From an uncultured Clostridia bacterium (GTDB lineage: Bacteria; Bacillota; Clostridia; Oscillospirales; CAG-272): 64,000 bases of DNA. Under the pieces are notes generated by a model. The model had not been told where the DNA came from. It saw only the letters and a program-made list of their open reading frames with translations, and made no database searches. Positions 8,805-18,970 of the stretch are shown piece by piece. Every line of letters starts with the position of its first letter. Within the stretch, counting starts at the first letter, position 1. Made by a program: the position numbers and the translations under genes. The stretch lies in contig CALLYE010000073.1 in the NCBI GenBank assembly GCA_937875545.1, positions 12,237 to 76,236 of the forward strand, written 5' to 3'.

Positions 8805-10349
8805 ATGAAATTGATTACAGATGGAAATGTCAACATATACTATGCGCAGACGCTTTGCCTGCTCTTTTTTCCCGCCGCGAAATTTTCCGAATCGGAGCCG
8901 GTGACGGGCAGTACGCCCGTGGTGACGATGACCTCGACCGAAGTTGAGAGCGGTGTGCGCGCGACGGCAAAGATAAAAATCGAAAGCGGCGAATCATACG
9001 CCGAGGTATTCAAGCAATACGGCGATAATTCGCACGGCGAAACGTCGCGTGAGGACGCGGTCGGGACGCCTTCCGACATGCTGACGGGGCGCGGCAAACG
9101 CCGCACAGAGAATATCGCGTTGGGCGCCGCTATGCTCGAGGCGGGTCGGAAACTGTTTGGCAGCACGCCCGCCTGGGGTCTGCTCACCGGCGTGCGTCCG
9201 GCGAAAATCGCAGCTGAGTTTATCGCCGAGGGGCTTGACGACAAGTCAGCTGCGCGCGAGCTGTCGTCAGATTATATGATTAACCCCAAAAAAGCCGCGC
9301 TGCTGACCGCCGTCGCACGCAACGAAGATAATATCAGAAAAACGCTCGGCGACGGGTTGTGCAGCGTTTATATTTCCATTCCCTTCTGCCCGACGCGCTG
9401 CGCTTATTGTTCGTTTGTGTCATATTCCACAAAGCGGCTGCTGTCGATGATCCCGGATTATCTTGAACGCTTATACCATGACATTGACGATACCTTTTCG
9501 CTTATCCGCGAGCTGGGACTGCGCGTCGCAACGGTTTACATCGGCGGCGGTACGCCGACCATACTTGATGCCCGCCAGCTCGACACGCTGCTCGAGCGTA
9601 TCGGACGATATGTACAGCCCGAGGTGCTGCGCGAATTCACGCTCGAGGCCGGCCGCCCCGACACTGTCACCGCCGAAAAGATCGCGGTCGCGGCAGAGCG
9701 CGGGGTCACGCGCGTCAGCGTAAACCCGCAGACGCTCAACGACGCGGTGCTTGAAGGCATAGGGCGCAAGCATACCGCCGAGGATTTTTACCGCGCGTTC
9801 GAGCTTGTGCGGAACGGCGGGATTAAAACAATCAACTGCGACCTGATCGCGGGTCTGCCCTCCGAGCGGTTCTCCGGCTATTCGCGCAGTGTAGACGCGG
9901 TGTTGAAATTAAAGCCCGAGAACGTTACTTTCCACACCTTTTGCGTTAAAAAATCGGCGGAGCTGCTGCGCGACGGCACAGAGCTGTATCTGCGAAACGG
10001 CGGCGACACTTCCAAATGCGTCGACTATTCGCAGCTCAAAGCTAAAAACGCGGGTTATTCGCCTTATTACATTTACAGGCAGAAGAACACCGTAGGCAAT
10101 CTCGAAAACGTCGGATTTTCGCTGCGCGGGTACGAGGGGATATATAACATCATTATGATGGAAGAGCTGCACAGCGTATTCGCCGTCGGTGCAGGCGCGG
10201 TCACAAAACTCGTTCCGCGCGGCGAAGGGCGCATCGAACGGGTCGCGGTGCCGAAATATCCGTATGAATATATGAACATGGGCGTAAATTCCGACGCCAT
10301 GAACGCGGTTTACGCTAAAATACGCAATTTTTACAATAATATTTATTAA
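8805..10349 (+). CDS. hemZ: HemZ-type oxygen-independent coproporphyrinogen oxidase-like radical SAM protein
   Basis: Radical SAM cluster motif IPFCPTRCAYCSF, followed by YIGGGTPT and HemN-like C-terminal regions. The roughly 500-aa size with an N-terminal extension is typical of HemZ. Confidence 0.8.
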   Translation: MKLITDGNVNIYYAQTLCLLFFPAAKFSESEPVTGSTPVVTMTSTEVESGVRATAKIKIESGESYAEVFKQYGDNSHGETSREDAVGTPSDMLTGRGKRRTENIALGAAMLEAGRKLFGSTPAWGLLTGVRPAKIAAEFIAEGLDDKSAARELSSDYMINPKKAALLTAVARNEDNIRKTLGDGLCSVYISIPFCPTRCAYCSFVSYSTKRLLSMIPDYLERLYHDIDDTFSLIRELGLRVATVYIGGGTPTILDARQLDTLLERIGRYVQPEVLREFTLEAGRPDTVTAEKIAVAAERGVTRVSVNPQTLNDAVLEGIGRKHTAEDFYRAFELVRNGGIKTINCDLIAGLPSERFSGYSRSVDAVLKLKPENVTFHTFCVKKSAELLRDGTELYLRNGGDTSKCVDYSQLKAKNAGYSPYYIYRQKNTVGNLENVGFSLRGYEGIYNIIMMEELHSVFAVGAGAVTKLVPRGEGRIERVAVPKYPYEYMNMGVNSDAMNAVYAKIRNFYNNIY

Positions 10350-10438
10350 ATGAGTAAAACGGACGTCCGGCGTTTACGCTGGCGCGCGTTTTAGTAGAGC
10401 GCAGTGCTACGCATGAAAACTTTACGTAAATAATCTTT

Positions 10439-11383
10439 GTGCTTTTTACAGGTTATCAAATGCTGACAATATATAAGAACTTTAATAGTTTTTCCGATAA
10501 ACGCGATTTTGTTTATGAATCCGAGGATGCTTTCGAGGCGGAACTTGACCGTGTCGCGCGCGAGATACGCGACGAGGAGGGGTTAAAGGTCGTGACGCTG
10601 TCCGGCCCGACCTGTTCCGGCAAAACGACGACCGCCGCAACGCTGATCCGCGACTGGGGACGCGCGGGTCAGCGCGTACGCCTGATCTCGATCGACGATT
10701 TCTTCCGCGACCGCGCTGATTTACACGCCGAAGCGGAAGCCGAGGGACGCAACTCACCAGATTTTGAGACTGTCCGCGCTATCGACTTTGATTATTTTTC
10801 AAAATGTGTTGACGATATAAGCAACAATCGGCTTGTCAGGCTGCCGGTATTCGATTTTACCACCGGCAAACGCGGCGGTTATGAAGAGTTTAACGCCGCC
10901 GAATATGATGTCGTGCTTTTGGAAGGCATCCAGGCGATCTATCCCGAAATAACCGCGCTGTTCCACCATTACCGCCATAAATCAATATTCATCTCGGTCG
11001 CGCGCGACCTGATGTTCAACGGCATGTTGTTTAGTCGACGCGAAATCCGTTTCCTGCGCCGGTTGGTGCGCGATTTCACCTACCGCGCCGCGTCGCCCGA
11101 ATATACCTATGAATTGTGGGAAAACGTGGTGCGCAACGAGGATGTAAACATCCTGCCTTTTATCGATACTACAGATATAACCGTGGATTCGCTGCTCGCA
11201 TACGAGCCGCTTGTCATTGCACCCTTCGCGCTGACGCTGCTGCGCGCCATACCCGAAAATTCTCCTTTTGCAAGCGACGCCGCGCAGAAAATCGCCAAGC
11301 TCGAAAAGCTCCAAACCATTGACGCCGATATAGTGCCGTCCGATTCTGTTTTCCGCGAATTCATCGGCCCAAGAAGGCGTTGA
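10439..11383 (+). CDS. uridine/cytidine kinase family protein with C-terminal extension
   Basis: P-loop LSGPTCSGKTTTA, ISIDDFF, LPVFDFTTGKR and VVLLEGI follow the Udk pattern. The start is ambiguous (GTG 10439 or ATG 10460); neither has a clear SD. Confidence 0.7.
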   Translation: MLFTGYQMLTIYKNFNSFSDKRDFVYESEDAFEAELDRVAREIRDEEGLKVVTLSGPTCSGKTTTAATLIRDWGRAGQRVRLISIDDFFRDRADLHAEAEAEGRNSPDFETVRAIDFDYFSKCVDDISNNRLVRLPVFDFTTGKRGGYEEFNAAEYDVVLLEGIQAIYPEITALFHHYRHKSIFISVARDLMFNGMLFSRREIRFLRRLVRDFTYRAASPEYTYELWENVVRNEDVNILPFIDTTDITVDSLLAYEPLVIAPFALTLLRAIPENSPFASDAAQKIAKLEKLQTIDADIVPSDSVFREFIGPRRR

Positions 11384-11385
11384 TC

Positions 11386-11425
11386 TTGTAGGGGCGTGCA
11401 TTGCACGCCCGTTCATTAAATTTTT
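11386..11425 (+). terminator. rho-independent terminator of the TGTAGGGGCG hairpin family
   Basis: TTGTAGGGGCGTGCA-T-TGCACGCCC (9-bp stem GGGCGTGCA/TGCACGCCC) followed by GTTCATTAAATTTTT. It starts 3 nt after the stop. Confidence 0.7.
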
Positions 11426-11442
11426 AAAAAGAAGGATAAGCT

Positions 11443-12276
11443 ATGAAATCAACCTTCACCGATTATGTTGAAAGTGCGGATTTTATCCGCGCGAAAATCA
11501 CTGCCGCGGGGCTGCCCATGCCCGAGCTTGCCATTATCCTCGGCAGCGGACTGGGCGGCTACGCCGAACTGCTGGATAGTTCCGTCACAATAAAATATGC
11601 CGATATTCCGCATTTTCCGCTTTCGACTGTGTCATATCAAAAAGGCGAGCTTGTCTGCGGCTTTCGGGACGGCAAGCCGGTGCTCGCCATGAACGGCCGC
11701 TTCCATTATTACGAAGGCTGGGAGATGTGGCAGACCGCTTATCCTGTCGGCGTTTTTAAGCTGCTGGGTATTAATAATCTGATTATCACCAACGCGGCGG
11801 GCGGCATTTCCAACGATTACCGCCCCGGCGATCTCGTCGCCGTCACCGACCACATCAAGCTGTCGCCCGATTCGCCCCTGCGCGGCGCGAATATACCCGA
11901 GTTTGGCGAACGCTTCTTTGATATGCAGCATGTCTATGATAAATCGCTTGCGGCGCTTGCCAAATCAAAGGCGGCGGAGCTGGGTTTTGAGCTTAAAGAA
12001 GGCGTTTACGGCTACATGAGCGGCCCGCAATACGAAACACCCGCCGAAATAAGACTGCTGCGCACACTGGGCGCGACTGTCGTGGGCATGTCGACTGTTG
12101 CCGAGGTAATCTTCGCCGCGCAGTGCAGGCTTCCGGTATTGTGTATCTCCTGCGTATCCAACATGGCGGCGGGTATAACCGGAGCGGCGATCACTGAAGA
12201 AGAGGTGCTTGCAACCGGGCGGATTGTTTCGCAGAGATTTACAAAATTAATAGATGCTGTGGTAGGTGCCGTATGA
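11443..12276 (+). CDS. punA: purine nucleoside phosphorylase (PNP family 2, inosine/guanosine type)
   Basis: ILGSGLGG, GRFHYYEG, GPQYETPAE and VGMSTVAE motifs. AAGGA SD upstream. Confidence 0.9.
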   Translation: MKSTFTDYVESADFIRAKITAAGLPMPELAIILGSGLGGYAELLDSSVTIKYADIPHFPLSTVSYQKGELVCGFRDGKPVLAMNGRFHYYEGWEMWQTAYPVGVFKLLGINNLIITNAAGGISNDYRPGDLVAVTDHIKLSPDSPLRGANIPEFGERFFDMQHVYDKSLAALAKSKAAELGFELKEGVYGYMSGPQYETPAEIRLLRTLGATVVGMSTVAEVIFAAQCRLPVLCISCVSNMAAGITGAAITEEEVLATGRIVSQRFTKLIDAVVGAV

Positions 12277-13562
12277 TTCTTTTCACCAACGTGACAACAT
12301 TAAACGATTCAAATTTATATGTCGCCGTGGACGGCGTTTACATAACGTACATTTCACCGGATAAACCTGACGGCGAATTTTTGCGCGGCCAAAAGTTTGA
12401 CCGCGTCATTGACTGCAAAAACCGGCTGATGCTGCCCGGGCTGTATAACACCCACACGCATGCCGCCATGACGCTGCTGCGCGGTTACGGCGAGGATCTG
12501 CCCTTGCAGCGTTGGCTGGAGGAGCGTATCTTCCCCGCCGAGGACAAGTTGGCCGAACCCGATGTTTACGCGGCGTCGATGCTCGCGGCGGCGGAAATGA
12601 TAAGCGGCGGCACAGTGTCGTTCACCGATATGTACATGTTCTGTTCCGCTACGGCGCGCGCCGCAGCGGAAACCGGATTAAAAGCGAACATCAGCCGTCC
12701 GTTATTATCGTTTGACGACGCTCAGCCGCTGCGCGAGAACCCGCGCTTCGACGAAGCGGCGGCGTTGTATGCCGATTGGCATAACGCCTGTGACGGTCGA
12801 ATAAAAATAGATATGTCGCTGCACGCCGAATATACAAACACCGAGCGCTGCTGCCGCGAGATAGCCGAGTATAGCAAATCGATCGGCGCAAGAATGCACA
12901 TTCACCTCTCCGAAACAAAAAAAGAGCATGAGGAGGGCAAAGCGCGCCGCGGCAAAACGCCCGCTCGTTTTATGTACGACTGCGGGGTCTTCGATTCGCC
13001 GACCACCGCCGCGCACTGCGTATGGCTGGAGGATTCCGACCTGCCGCTGCTGCGGGAAAAGGGCGTTTCGGTGGCGCATAACCCCGTAAGCAATCTTAAA
13101 TTGGGCAGCGGCGTAATGCCCTACAGTAAATTCAAAAATGCGGGGCTGAATATCGCGCTTGGCACCGACGGCGCTGCGTCCAATAACACGCTGGATATAC
13201 TTAAAGAAATGTACATCGCCGCGCTGATACACAAGGGCGTGAACTTCGCTCCCGACAGCGTCACCGCCGCGGATGTAATCCGGTCGGCGACGGTCTGCGG
13301 AGCCGTCGCACAGGGGCGGGACGACTGCGGAGCGCTTGAGGTCGGCCGCCGCGCCGATCTGATTTTACTCGACATGGACAGTGTGAACAATATCCCCTCA
13401 CACAACCCGTCCTATACCGCCGTTTACAGCGCAAACCGCGGCGACGTGCGGCTGACGATGGTCGACGGCAATATTTTATACGAAAACGGGCAGTTTACTA
13501 CACTTGATATAGAAAAAATCAAGGCTGAGATGAGGTATACCTGTGCAAAAACCTTCAATTGA
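12273..13562 (+). CDS. mtaD: 5-methylthioadenosine/S-adenosylhomocysteine deaminase-type amidohydrolase
   Basis: LPGLYNTHTHAAMTLLRGYGEDLPLQRWL, HLSET and GTDGAASNN motifs. The start overlaps the punA stop (ATGA). Confidence 0.85.
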   Translation: MILFTNVTTLNDSNLYVAVDGVYITYISPDKPDGEFLRGQKFDRVIDCKNRLMLPGLYNTHTHAAMTLLRGYGEDLPLQRWLEERIFPAEDKLAEPDVYAASMLAAAEMISGGTVSFTDMYMFCSATARAAAETGLKANISRPLLSFDDAQPLRENPRFDEAAALYADWHNACDGRIKIDMSLHAEYTNTERCCREIAEYSKSIGARMHIHLSETKKEHEEGKARRGKTPARFMYDCGVFDSPTTAAHCVWLEDSDLPLLREKGVSVAHNPVSNLKLGSGVMPYSKFKNAGLNIALGTDGAASNNTLDILKEMYIAALIHKGVNFAPDSVTAADVIRSATVCGAVAQGRDDCGALEVGRRADLILLDMDSVNNIPSHNPSYTAVYSANRGDVRLTMVDGNILYENGQFTTLDIEKIKAEMRYTCAKTFN

Positions 13563-15246
13563 AAAAGAAATTGTTCAACCGGGTGAAATAATAACAGAAA
13601 AATCTGCTTCCGGCGGTTCGCCGGTTAAAAAAAGCACCTCACTGTTTATTTCCGGTGTGGTGATACTTGCCGTTTCAAACGTATTGCAAAAGTTGATTGG
13701 CATGTCGCTCAAAATCCCGCTGCACGGACTGCTCGGCGGCGAGGGTATGGGCTATTATGCCATCGCGTATGCGATTTACAAATGGTTTTATATGATCTCG
13801 ACAGCCGGTTTGCCGGTTGCGATCTCGATCATGATCTCCGAAAGCCGCGCGAAAGGCAATTTCCGCGAAGTCGGTAAAATTTATAAAATCACATTGATGT
13901 TCCTCATGATTATCGGCTTTACGGGCTCGCTTATCATGATGACCGGCTCGAAGCTGTTCGCGATGCTGTACAACCAGCCAAAATCCTATCTGGCGATTAT
14001 CGCTCTGGCGCCCACGCTGTTTTTTATCTGCATCTCCAGCGCGCTGCGCGGCTTTTTCCAAGGCTATCAGACGATGATCCCGACGGCGGTTTCACAGCTT
14101 ATCGAATCGTTGGGCAAGCTTACCATCGGCATCCTGCTTGCGGAGGTAACGCTGGGTCGGGGTTTGGGTTATAACGTCGTCGCGGCGGCGACGGTATTGG
14201 GGTTGACCATAGGCGTTTTGATCGGCATGATATTCCTCATCATCTACAAGCTGCGTTTCCGCTCTTCGCTGTATGACGCCGAATATCTGCGCCCCGACAG
14301 CGACACACTTCCGATTCGCAGCGGGAGTCAGATTGCTAAAACGCTGTTCATGATCGCGGTTCCCATCACGCTTTCCGCGTCGATCATGCCCTTCACCAGC
14401 CTGCTCGACAGCATGATAATCAGCCGCCAGCTTCAATCTATCGGGTTTAACAGTGATCTTGCCCTGACATATCTGGGCGATTATGACGCGCTCGCGGTGA
14501 GCCTGTGGAACGTGCCGCCCGCACTTATTTATCCTATCTCATATTCCATCGTGCCGCTGATATCGGCGGCTAAGGCGGCAGGCGACAACGCGCGCGTTAA
14601 GCTGATCATGAACAGCACCATTAAAGTCGCGTCGCTTATCGCGCTGCCTTCTTCGCTGGGTATGTCTGTGCTGGCAGAGCCAATCCTCAAACTGCTGTTC
14701 AATGACGAATCAGCCGAACGCGTGGCGCCCCTGCTGTCAATTCTGGCGCTTTCTATATTCTTCATATCTATGCTCGCGGTTACAAACTCCATTTTGCAGG
14801 TGTTCCACCACGAGCGCAAACCGATAATTTCGATGCTCGCGGGCAGCATTATTAAAATCGCCGCCAGCTATACGCTCATCGGTATACCTGCCATCGGCAT
14901 TTTCGGCGCGCCGATCAGCACCTTCCTGTGTTATTTTACAATTATGATGTTCAACTTCTATTTCGTCGCCCGTTATGTGGGCATGATACCCGACGTGAAG
15001 GCTATGCTCATCCGGCCGTTCATTTCCGCCGTATTCTGCGCGGGCGCCGCGCTTGCGGCGTACAAGCTGCTTTCGGTTGTCATACCGGCGTCGATTGCGA
15101 CGATCTGCGCGATCGCGGTCGCGGGACTGGTTTACGGTGTGCTCATCTTCGTCATCGGAGCCATTACGCGCGATGATATTTTACTGCTGCCAAAGGGCGA
15201 GAAGTTGTGCGGGTTCTTCGAGCGTCTGCACCTGCTGAGGAGTTAA
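13543..15246 (+). CDS. MOP-superfamily flippase (MurJ / SpoVB-like polysaccharide biosynthesis protein)
   Basis: 567 aa with about 14 predicted TM helices and the typical MurJ/SpoVB N-terminus. GTG start with a GAGGT SD 6 nt upstream. Confidence 0.75.
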   Translation: MQKPSIEKEIVQPGEIITEKSASGGSPVKKSTSLFISGVVILAVSNVLQKLIGMSLKIPLHGLLGGEGMGYYAIAYAIYKWFYMISTAGLPVAISIMISESRAKGNFREVGKIYKITLMFLMIIGFTGSLIMMTGSKLFAMLYNQPKSYLAIIALAPTLFFICISSALRGFFQGYQTMIPTAVSQLIESLGKLTIGILLAEVTLGRGLGYNVVAAATVLGLTIGVLIGMIFLIIYKLRFRSSLYDAEYLRPDSDTLPIRSGSQIAKTLFMIAVPITLSASIMPFTSLLDSMIISRQLQSIGFNSDLALTYLGDYDALAVSLWNVPPALIYPISYSIVPLISAAKAAGDNARVKLIMNSTIKVASLIALPSSLGMSVLAEPILKLLFNDESAERVAPLLSILALSIFFISMLAVTNSILQVFHHERKPIISMLAGSIIKIAASYTLIGIPAIGIFGAPISTFLCYFTIMMFNFYFVARYVGMIPDVKAMLIRPFISAVFCAGAALAAYKLLSVVIPASIATICAIAVAGLVYGVLIFVIGAITRDDILLLPKGEKLCGFFERLHLLRS

Positions 15247-15277
15247 CCTTTTTAAACCCATCATTAATATACATAAC

Positions 15278-15324
15278 GCCGCCGCTCATTCGGGTTGATA
15301 CCCGGATGAGCGGCGGCATTTTGT
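15278..15324. terminator. bidirectional rho-independent terminator
   Basis: GCCGCCGCTCATTCGGGT-TGAT-ACCCGGATGAGCGGCGGC (18-bp stem, one mismatch) followed by ATTTTGT. It lies between convergent genes. Confidence 0.85.
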
Positions 15325-15343
15325 ATTCTATATAATCCCAAAT

Positions 15344-16420
15344 TTATTTCGGATTGTTCCTGAGTTCGTATCTTACTTTTTCTCCTACTTCCACCATTCT
15401 CAAATAATCAGCGGCGATACGCAGGTCTTTTACCGCTTCACTCGAAGGGCAGGGCGCGGGACGCTGCCCTGTTACCGCCAGCAGGAAATTTTTCGCCTGA
15501 TTACGCATTGCGGAGACATTCGGCAGCATGGGAACCTTTATAAAGCTGTCCCAGCCTCTGTTTTCGTATATAGTGACCGTTCCCGCTAACTGCATGGCAA
15601 GGGGTGCGGCGAGGTCAATTTTTATCCAGCCTTTTTCAAAACAGACCATGGCGTGTTCCTGCCAGTCAACAGAAGTGCTGTAAGGTTCCAGCTCCAAAAT
15701 ACATTCGACGCCGCTTTCGCTTTCGGCTGAGAAAAAGTGCTTTCCCGCAGAAGTGAGCTGATAATCTTCGCCCAAAAGGTAACGCATGAGATTTACCTGA
15801 TGTATATAATAATTTACAAACCAGATGGTTTTATTACGGGTAGATTCATCTATGCCTCTCGGAGCGGGTTCGGGTGGTACAAATCCGGGCGTTTCATTGG
15901 TCATGAACGGCATATCGGCGTCTTTCCTCCAGTTTCCGGGGGGCATCGACAGGCGGATATAGGTCATTTTACCCATCTCCCCGCTCTGTTTCCACTTCTT
16001 GATGATGTCCATTGCATATTCTACGGCGGGGTCGGAACGCTTATGGTTGCCCACCATATGTATTTTGCCTGTTTCTTTGGCGATCTGGACCAGTTTATCT
16101 CCGTTTTCAGGGAATACACAAAGCGGCTTTTCAGTCATAACGTGTTTTCCCGCGCGCAAGATATCGGGAACAAGCACGATATTATTCTCAAAATATTGTA
16201 TACATACAACTGCGTCTATCTCTTTATCCGCAAGCAGTTCATGGTAATCCGCGGTCACCTTCGGGATACCGTAACGAGCGGCTATCTGCGTTGCCTGATT
16301 GATTTTTACGTCGCACACAGACACGATTTCGCACATATCGGGCAATTGCAAATAGTTATGCAAATGCGCAAGCTGTCCCATGTGTCCCAAACCGATAAAT
16401 CCTAATTTTACCTTTTGCAT
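15344..16420 (-). CDS. Gfo/Idh/MocA family oxidoreductase
   Basis: N-terminal Rossmann motif KLGFIGLGHMG and the EKP motif (MTEKPL). AAAGGGGA SD upstream. Confidence 0.85.
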   Translation of the reverse strand: MQKVKLGFIGLGHMGQLAHLHNYLQLPDMCEIVSVCDVKINQATQIAARYGIPKVTADYHELLADKEIDAVVCIQYFENNIVLVPDILRAGKHVMTEKPLCVFPENGDKLVQIAKETGKIHMVGNHKRSDPAVEYAMDIIKKWKQSGEMGKMTYIRLSMPPGNWRKDADMPFMTNETPGFVPPEPAPRGIDESTRNKTIWFVNYYIHQVNLMRYLLGEDYQLTSAGKHFFSAESESGVECILELEPYSTSVDWQEHAMVCFEKGWIKIDLAAPLAMQLAGTVTIYENRGWDSFIKVPMLPNVSAMRNQAKNFLLAVTGQRPAPCPSSEAVKDLRIAADYLRMVEVGEKVRYELRNNPK

Positions 16421-16463
16421 GGATTTTAATCCCCTTTTATTTATTATTTTTTTTATTTCAATG

Positions 16464-17501
16464 TTAGCCGAGGTTTTCGAAGAGATACAGCCCTTCTTTG
16501 CCGGGCGCGACTATGTCGAGTCTGCCGTCACCGTTCATGTCGGCGATCCACATGTAGATACCCGCGCCCGAATGTTCGTCCGCGTCGCCGAAGTCGATGA
16601 TATTGCGGATGAAAGTAGATTTTACGATTTTATAATAATACAGCCCCGCCGGATCGTTGTCGCCGAAGTCGTTGCCGCAGTGCGCGCGGTAGCGTTTGCC
16701 GGTGACAAGCTCAAGCTCGCCGTCGCCGTCGAGATCGGCAAGCCACATGTCGTGGTATTGCGCCGCCGCGCCGTCTATTATATGTTTTTCAAAGGTGCCG
16801 TCGGGCTTTTGCTCCAGCCAGAACAAGCCGTAGCCATGTCCGTTGCCGTAGATGATGTCGCACAATCCGTCGCCGTTTACGTCGTGCGCCAAAATCGGCA
16901 CGCTCGCCGCGCAGTCGGTGTTATAGGCGGGTATAAACTCCCACGGCTCATACGGAGTGGTTTTCTGCTTTAAATAGCCGTTATTAAGTAAAATTTCGAG
17001 CTTGCCGTCGCCGTCTATGTCGCTCGCGCCCATGCCGTGCCCCGACGGGGATGTGCCTATGACATATTTTACGAGCTTGCCGCCCTCAAGCTTATAAAAG
17101 CACTGCGGCTCGCCGGGCGTGTTGGGCACGACCTCAACCGTGCCGCAGCCGTCGAGATCGTAGAAACGTATCGTTTCGATGCTGCCGCATTCGTCAAGCT
17201 CGTGCACTGTCCACGGTTCTGTCCCGTTATTTTCGCGCCAGCGTATGCGTTTGCCCCACCAGCCGCCGGTTATGACATCGAGCTTTCCGTCGCCGTTTAC
17301 ATCGAGGGGATAATCGCAGAAATCGTCGAAATATTCGCCTTGGGTCGGAACATCGCACATAAAATATTTCCGTTTGAAATCGGGGCCTTTATACCAATAA
17401 CCGCCGCAGACTATGTCGATTATACCGTCGCCGTCGACGTCAAACGCCGAAGCCGCTTCGAATTTACCGCTGTCGATGAGTCGTTTTTTAAATTTCAACA
17501 T
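16464..17501 (-). CDS. FG-GAP / VCBS repeat beta-propeller protein, no signal peptide
   Basis: Six Ca-binding-like repeats: DVDGDGIIDIV, DVNGDGKLDVI, DIDGDGKLEIL, DVNGDGLCDII, DLDGDGELELV, DMNGDGRLDIV. Strong AAGGAGG SD. No N-terminal hydrophobic segment. Confidence 0.8.
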   Translation of the reverse strand: MLKFKKRLIDSGKFEAASAFDVDGDGIIDIVCGGYWYKGPDFKRKYFMCDVPTQGEYFDDFCDYPLDVNGDGKLDVITGGWWGKRIRWRENNGTEPWTVHELDECGSIETIRFYDLDGCGTVEVVPNTPGEPQCFYKLEGGKLVKYVIGTSPSGHGMGASDIDGDGKLEILLNNGYLKQKTTPYEPWEFIPAYNTDCAASVPILAHDVNGDGLCDIIYGNGHGYGLFWLEQKPDGTFEKHIIDGAAAQYHDMWLADLDGDGELELVTGKRYRAHCGNDFGDNDPAGLYYYKIVKSTFIRNIIDFGDADEHSGAGIYMWIADMNGDGRLDIVAPGKEGLYLFENLG

Positions 17502-17709
17502 GATGTAACCTCCTTAAAAATTTTACTCGATGCATAGTTTTTTAATACTCTGTAATTCATATGATACATCCGACGGCGTGAAAATAAAATGGAGAAAAAC
17601 ACGATACAAATAGATAAAAAACCGATTTTTTGCCACCTTAGTATTGATTTATCGCAAAATAAATGATATATTTAATTATAGAAAAAACAACACATAAATC
17701 GAGGTAACC

Positions 17710-18453
17710 GTGACAGACAATCTGATCAGCATCGGACGCATGGAGATGCCGACCTTCGCGTTCGGCGCGCATAGCCATGACCACTGGGAGGTTTCGTATT
17801 ATTATTTCGGCTGCGGGACGAATACTGTCGGCGGCGTGGCGTATGAATTCTCGCCCGGCACGGTGATCTGCCAGCCGCCTCATATCTCGCACGAGGAACG
17901 CTCGGAGGCGGGTTATAAAAATTACTTTTTTACCGTAAAAAACTTCGTCCCGTCCGCTGACCGTTCATCACCGCTGGTGTTCCGCGACACCTCCGGCAGC
18001 GATCTGTTCAACATCACAAGGCAGCTTTACTACGAATGGCGCATACGCGGGCACGAACAGATCGCCGCGGCGCTGACCGACGCCGCGGTTGCGTATATTG
18101 CGGAACTGGGCCGCAGTCTGGCGGCTAAGAATCCATATGTGGAACAATTCGAGCACACGCTCGCGGCAAACATATCCAACCCCGGCTTCAACATAACCGA
18201 GGCGGCGTTAAAGCTGCCCTTTTCGATCAATCACTTCCGCTGCATTTTTACACGCGAAACAGGGGTGTCTCCCAAACGCTATCTCCAGCGCCTGCGCATC
18301 GAGCAGGCAATGTCGCTGCTCGCCGGCAGCTCGCTTTCAGTCGGCGATGTCGGACGCATGTGCGGGTTCTCCGACCAATACTATTTTTCACGCAGCTTCA
18401 AGGAGATAACCGGTCTGCCGCCGTCGCGCTACCGCGCGAAGCAAAGCGAATAA
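17710..18453 (+). CDS. AraC family transcriptional regulator (cupin-like N-terminus + HTH)
   Basis: The C-terminal double HTH (...FRCIFTRETGVSPKRYLQRLRIEQA...DQYYFSRSFKEITGLPPSRYR) is typical of AraC/XylS. Divergent from the FG-GAP/Gfo operon. Confidence 0.85.
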   Translation: MTDNLISIGRMEMPTFAFGAHSHDHWEVSYYYFGCGTNTVGGVAYEFSPGTVICQPPHISHEERSEAGYKNYFFTVKNFVPSADRSSPLVFRDTSGSDLFNITRQLYYEWRIRGHEQIAAALTDAAVAYIAELGRSLAAKNPYVEQFEHTLAANISNPGFNITEAALKLPFSINHFRCIFTRETGVSPKRYLQRLRIEQAMSLLAGSSLSVGDVGRMCGFSDQYYFSRSFKEITGLPPSRYRAKQSE

Positions 18454-18466
18454 TGTTATTTTTAAC

Positions 18467-18862
18467 TTAAAAAGTCACAGCCAAAAGCAATGTGGTAATA
18501 ATAGTCAATATACCCACAATCGACATCAGCTTTGCTCCAAGCAACACAAAGCTGTCATCCTGAAAAATATCAACCGGATTTTTCGGATTATACATAACCC
18601 AAAATTGGTCGTCGGTCTGATATTCATTAGCATTTTTGCTTTTTCCATATTGAACTTTATAATTATTTCCGTCAACCTCATATGATATTGTCGGGATATA
18701 TAAATATTGTTTGCTTAAAAACTTTCTTTTTGTTTTCTTTTGAATTTCACAAACCTTACCCCTCACATACGATGAGCAGCGGCTTTCTTTTTTCTTTATA
18801 TCAGCGAGAGGTATAAAAAAGCATAGCTCCAATAAAATGAATATGCCAACAATAACGGTCAT
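18467..18862 (-). CDS. DUF3592-like small membrane protein (TM - beta-rich core - TM)
   Basis: Start moved to ATG 18862 (AAGGAGAGA SD, 6-nt spacing). The ATG 18952 of the longest ORF has no usable SD spacing. Third gene of the blaI-blaR1 operon. Confidence 0.65.
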   Translation of the reverse strand: MTVIVGIFILLELCFFIPLADIKKKESRCSSYVRGKVCEIQKKTKRKFLSKQYLYIPTISYEVDGNNYKVQYGKSKNANEYQTDDQFWVMYNPKNPVDIFQDDSFVLLGAKLMSIVGILTIITTLLLAVTF

Positions 18863-18970
18863 AATATCTCTCCTTGTTATAAGATTTATTTTGATCGTAC
18901 CACATATTGCCACATTTGTCAACACAATCATAACTGCCGGGAAGAAATACATCTCCCCGGCGGTTTTATA

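Noticed and set aside
10439-13562. Treating udk-like/punA/mtaD as an unusual or novel system.
   Set aside because: All three are ordinary nucleoside and MTA/SAH salvage enzymes with canonical motifs. Their clustering is unremarkable.
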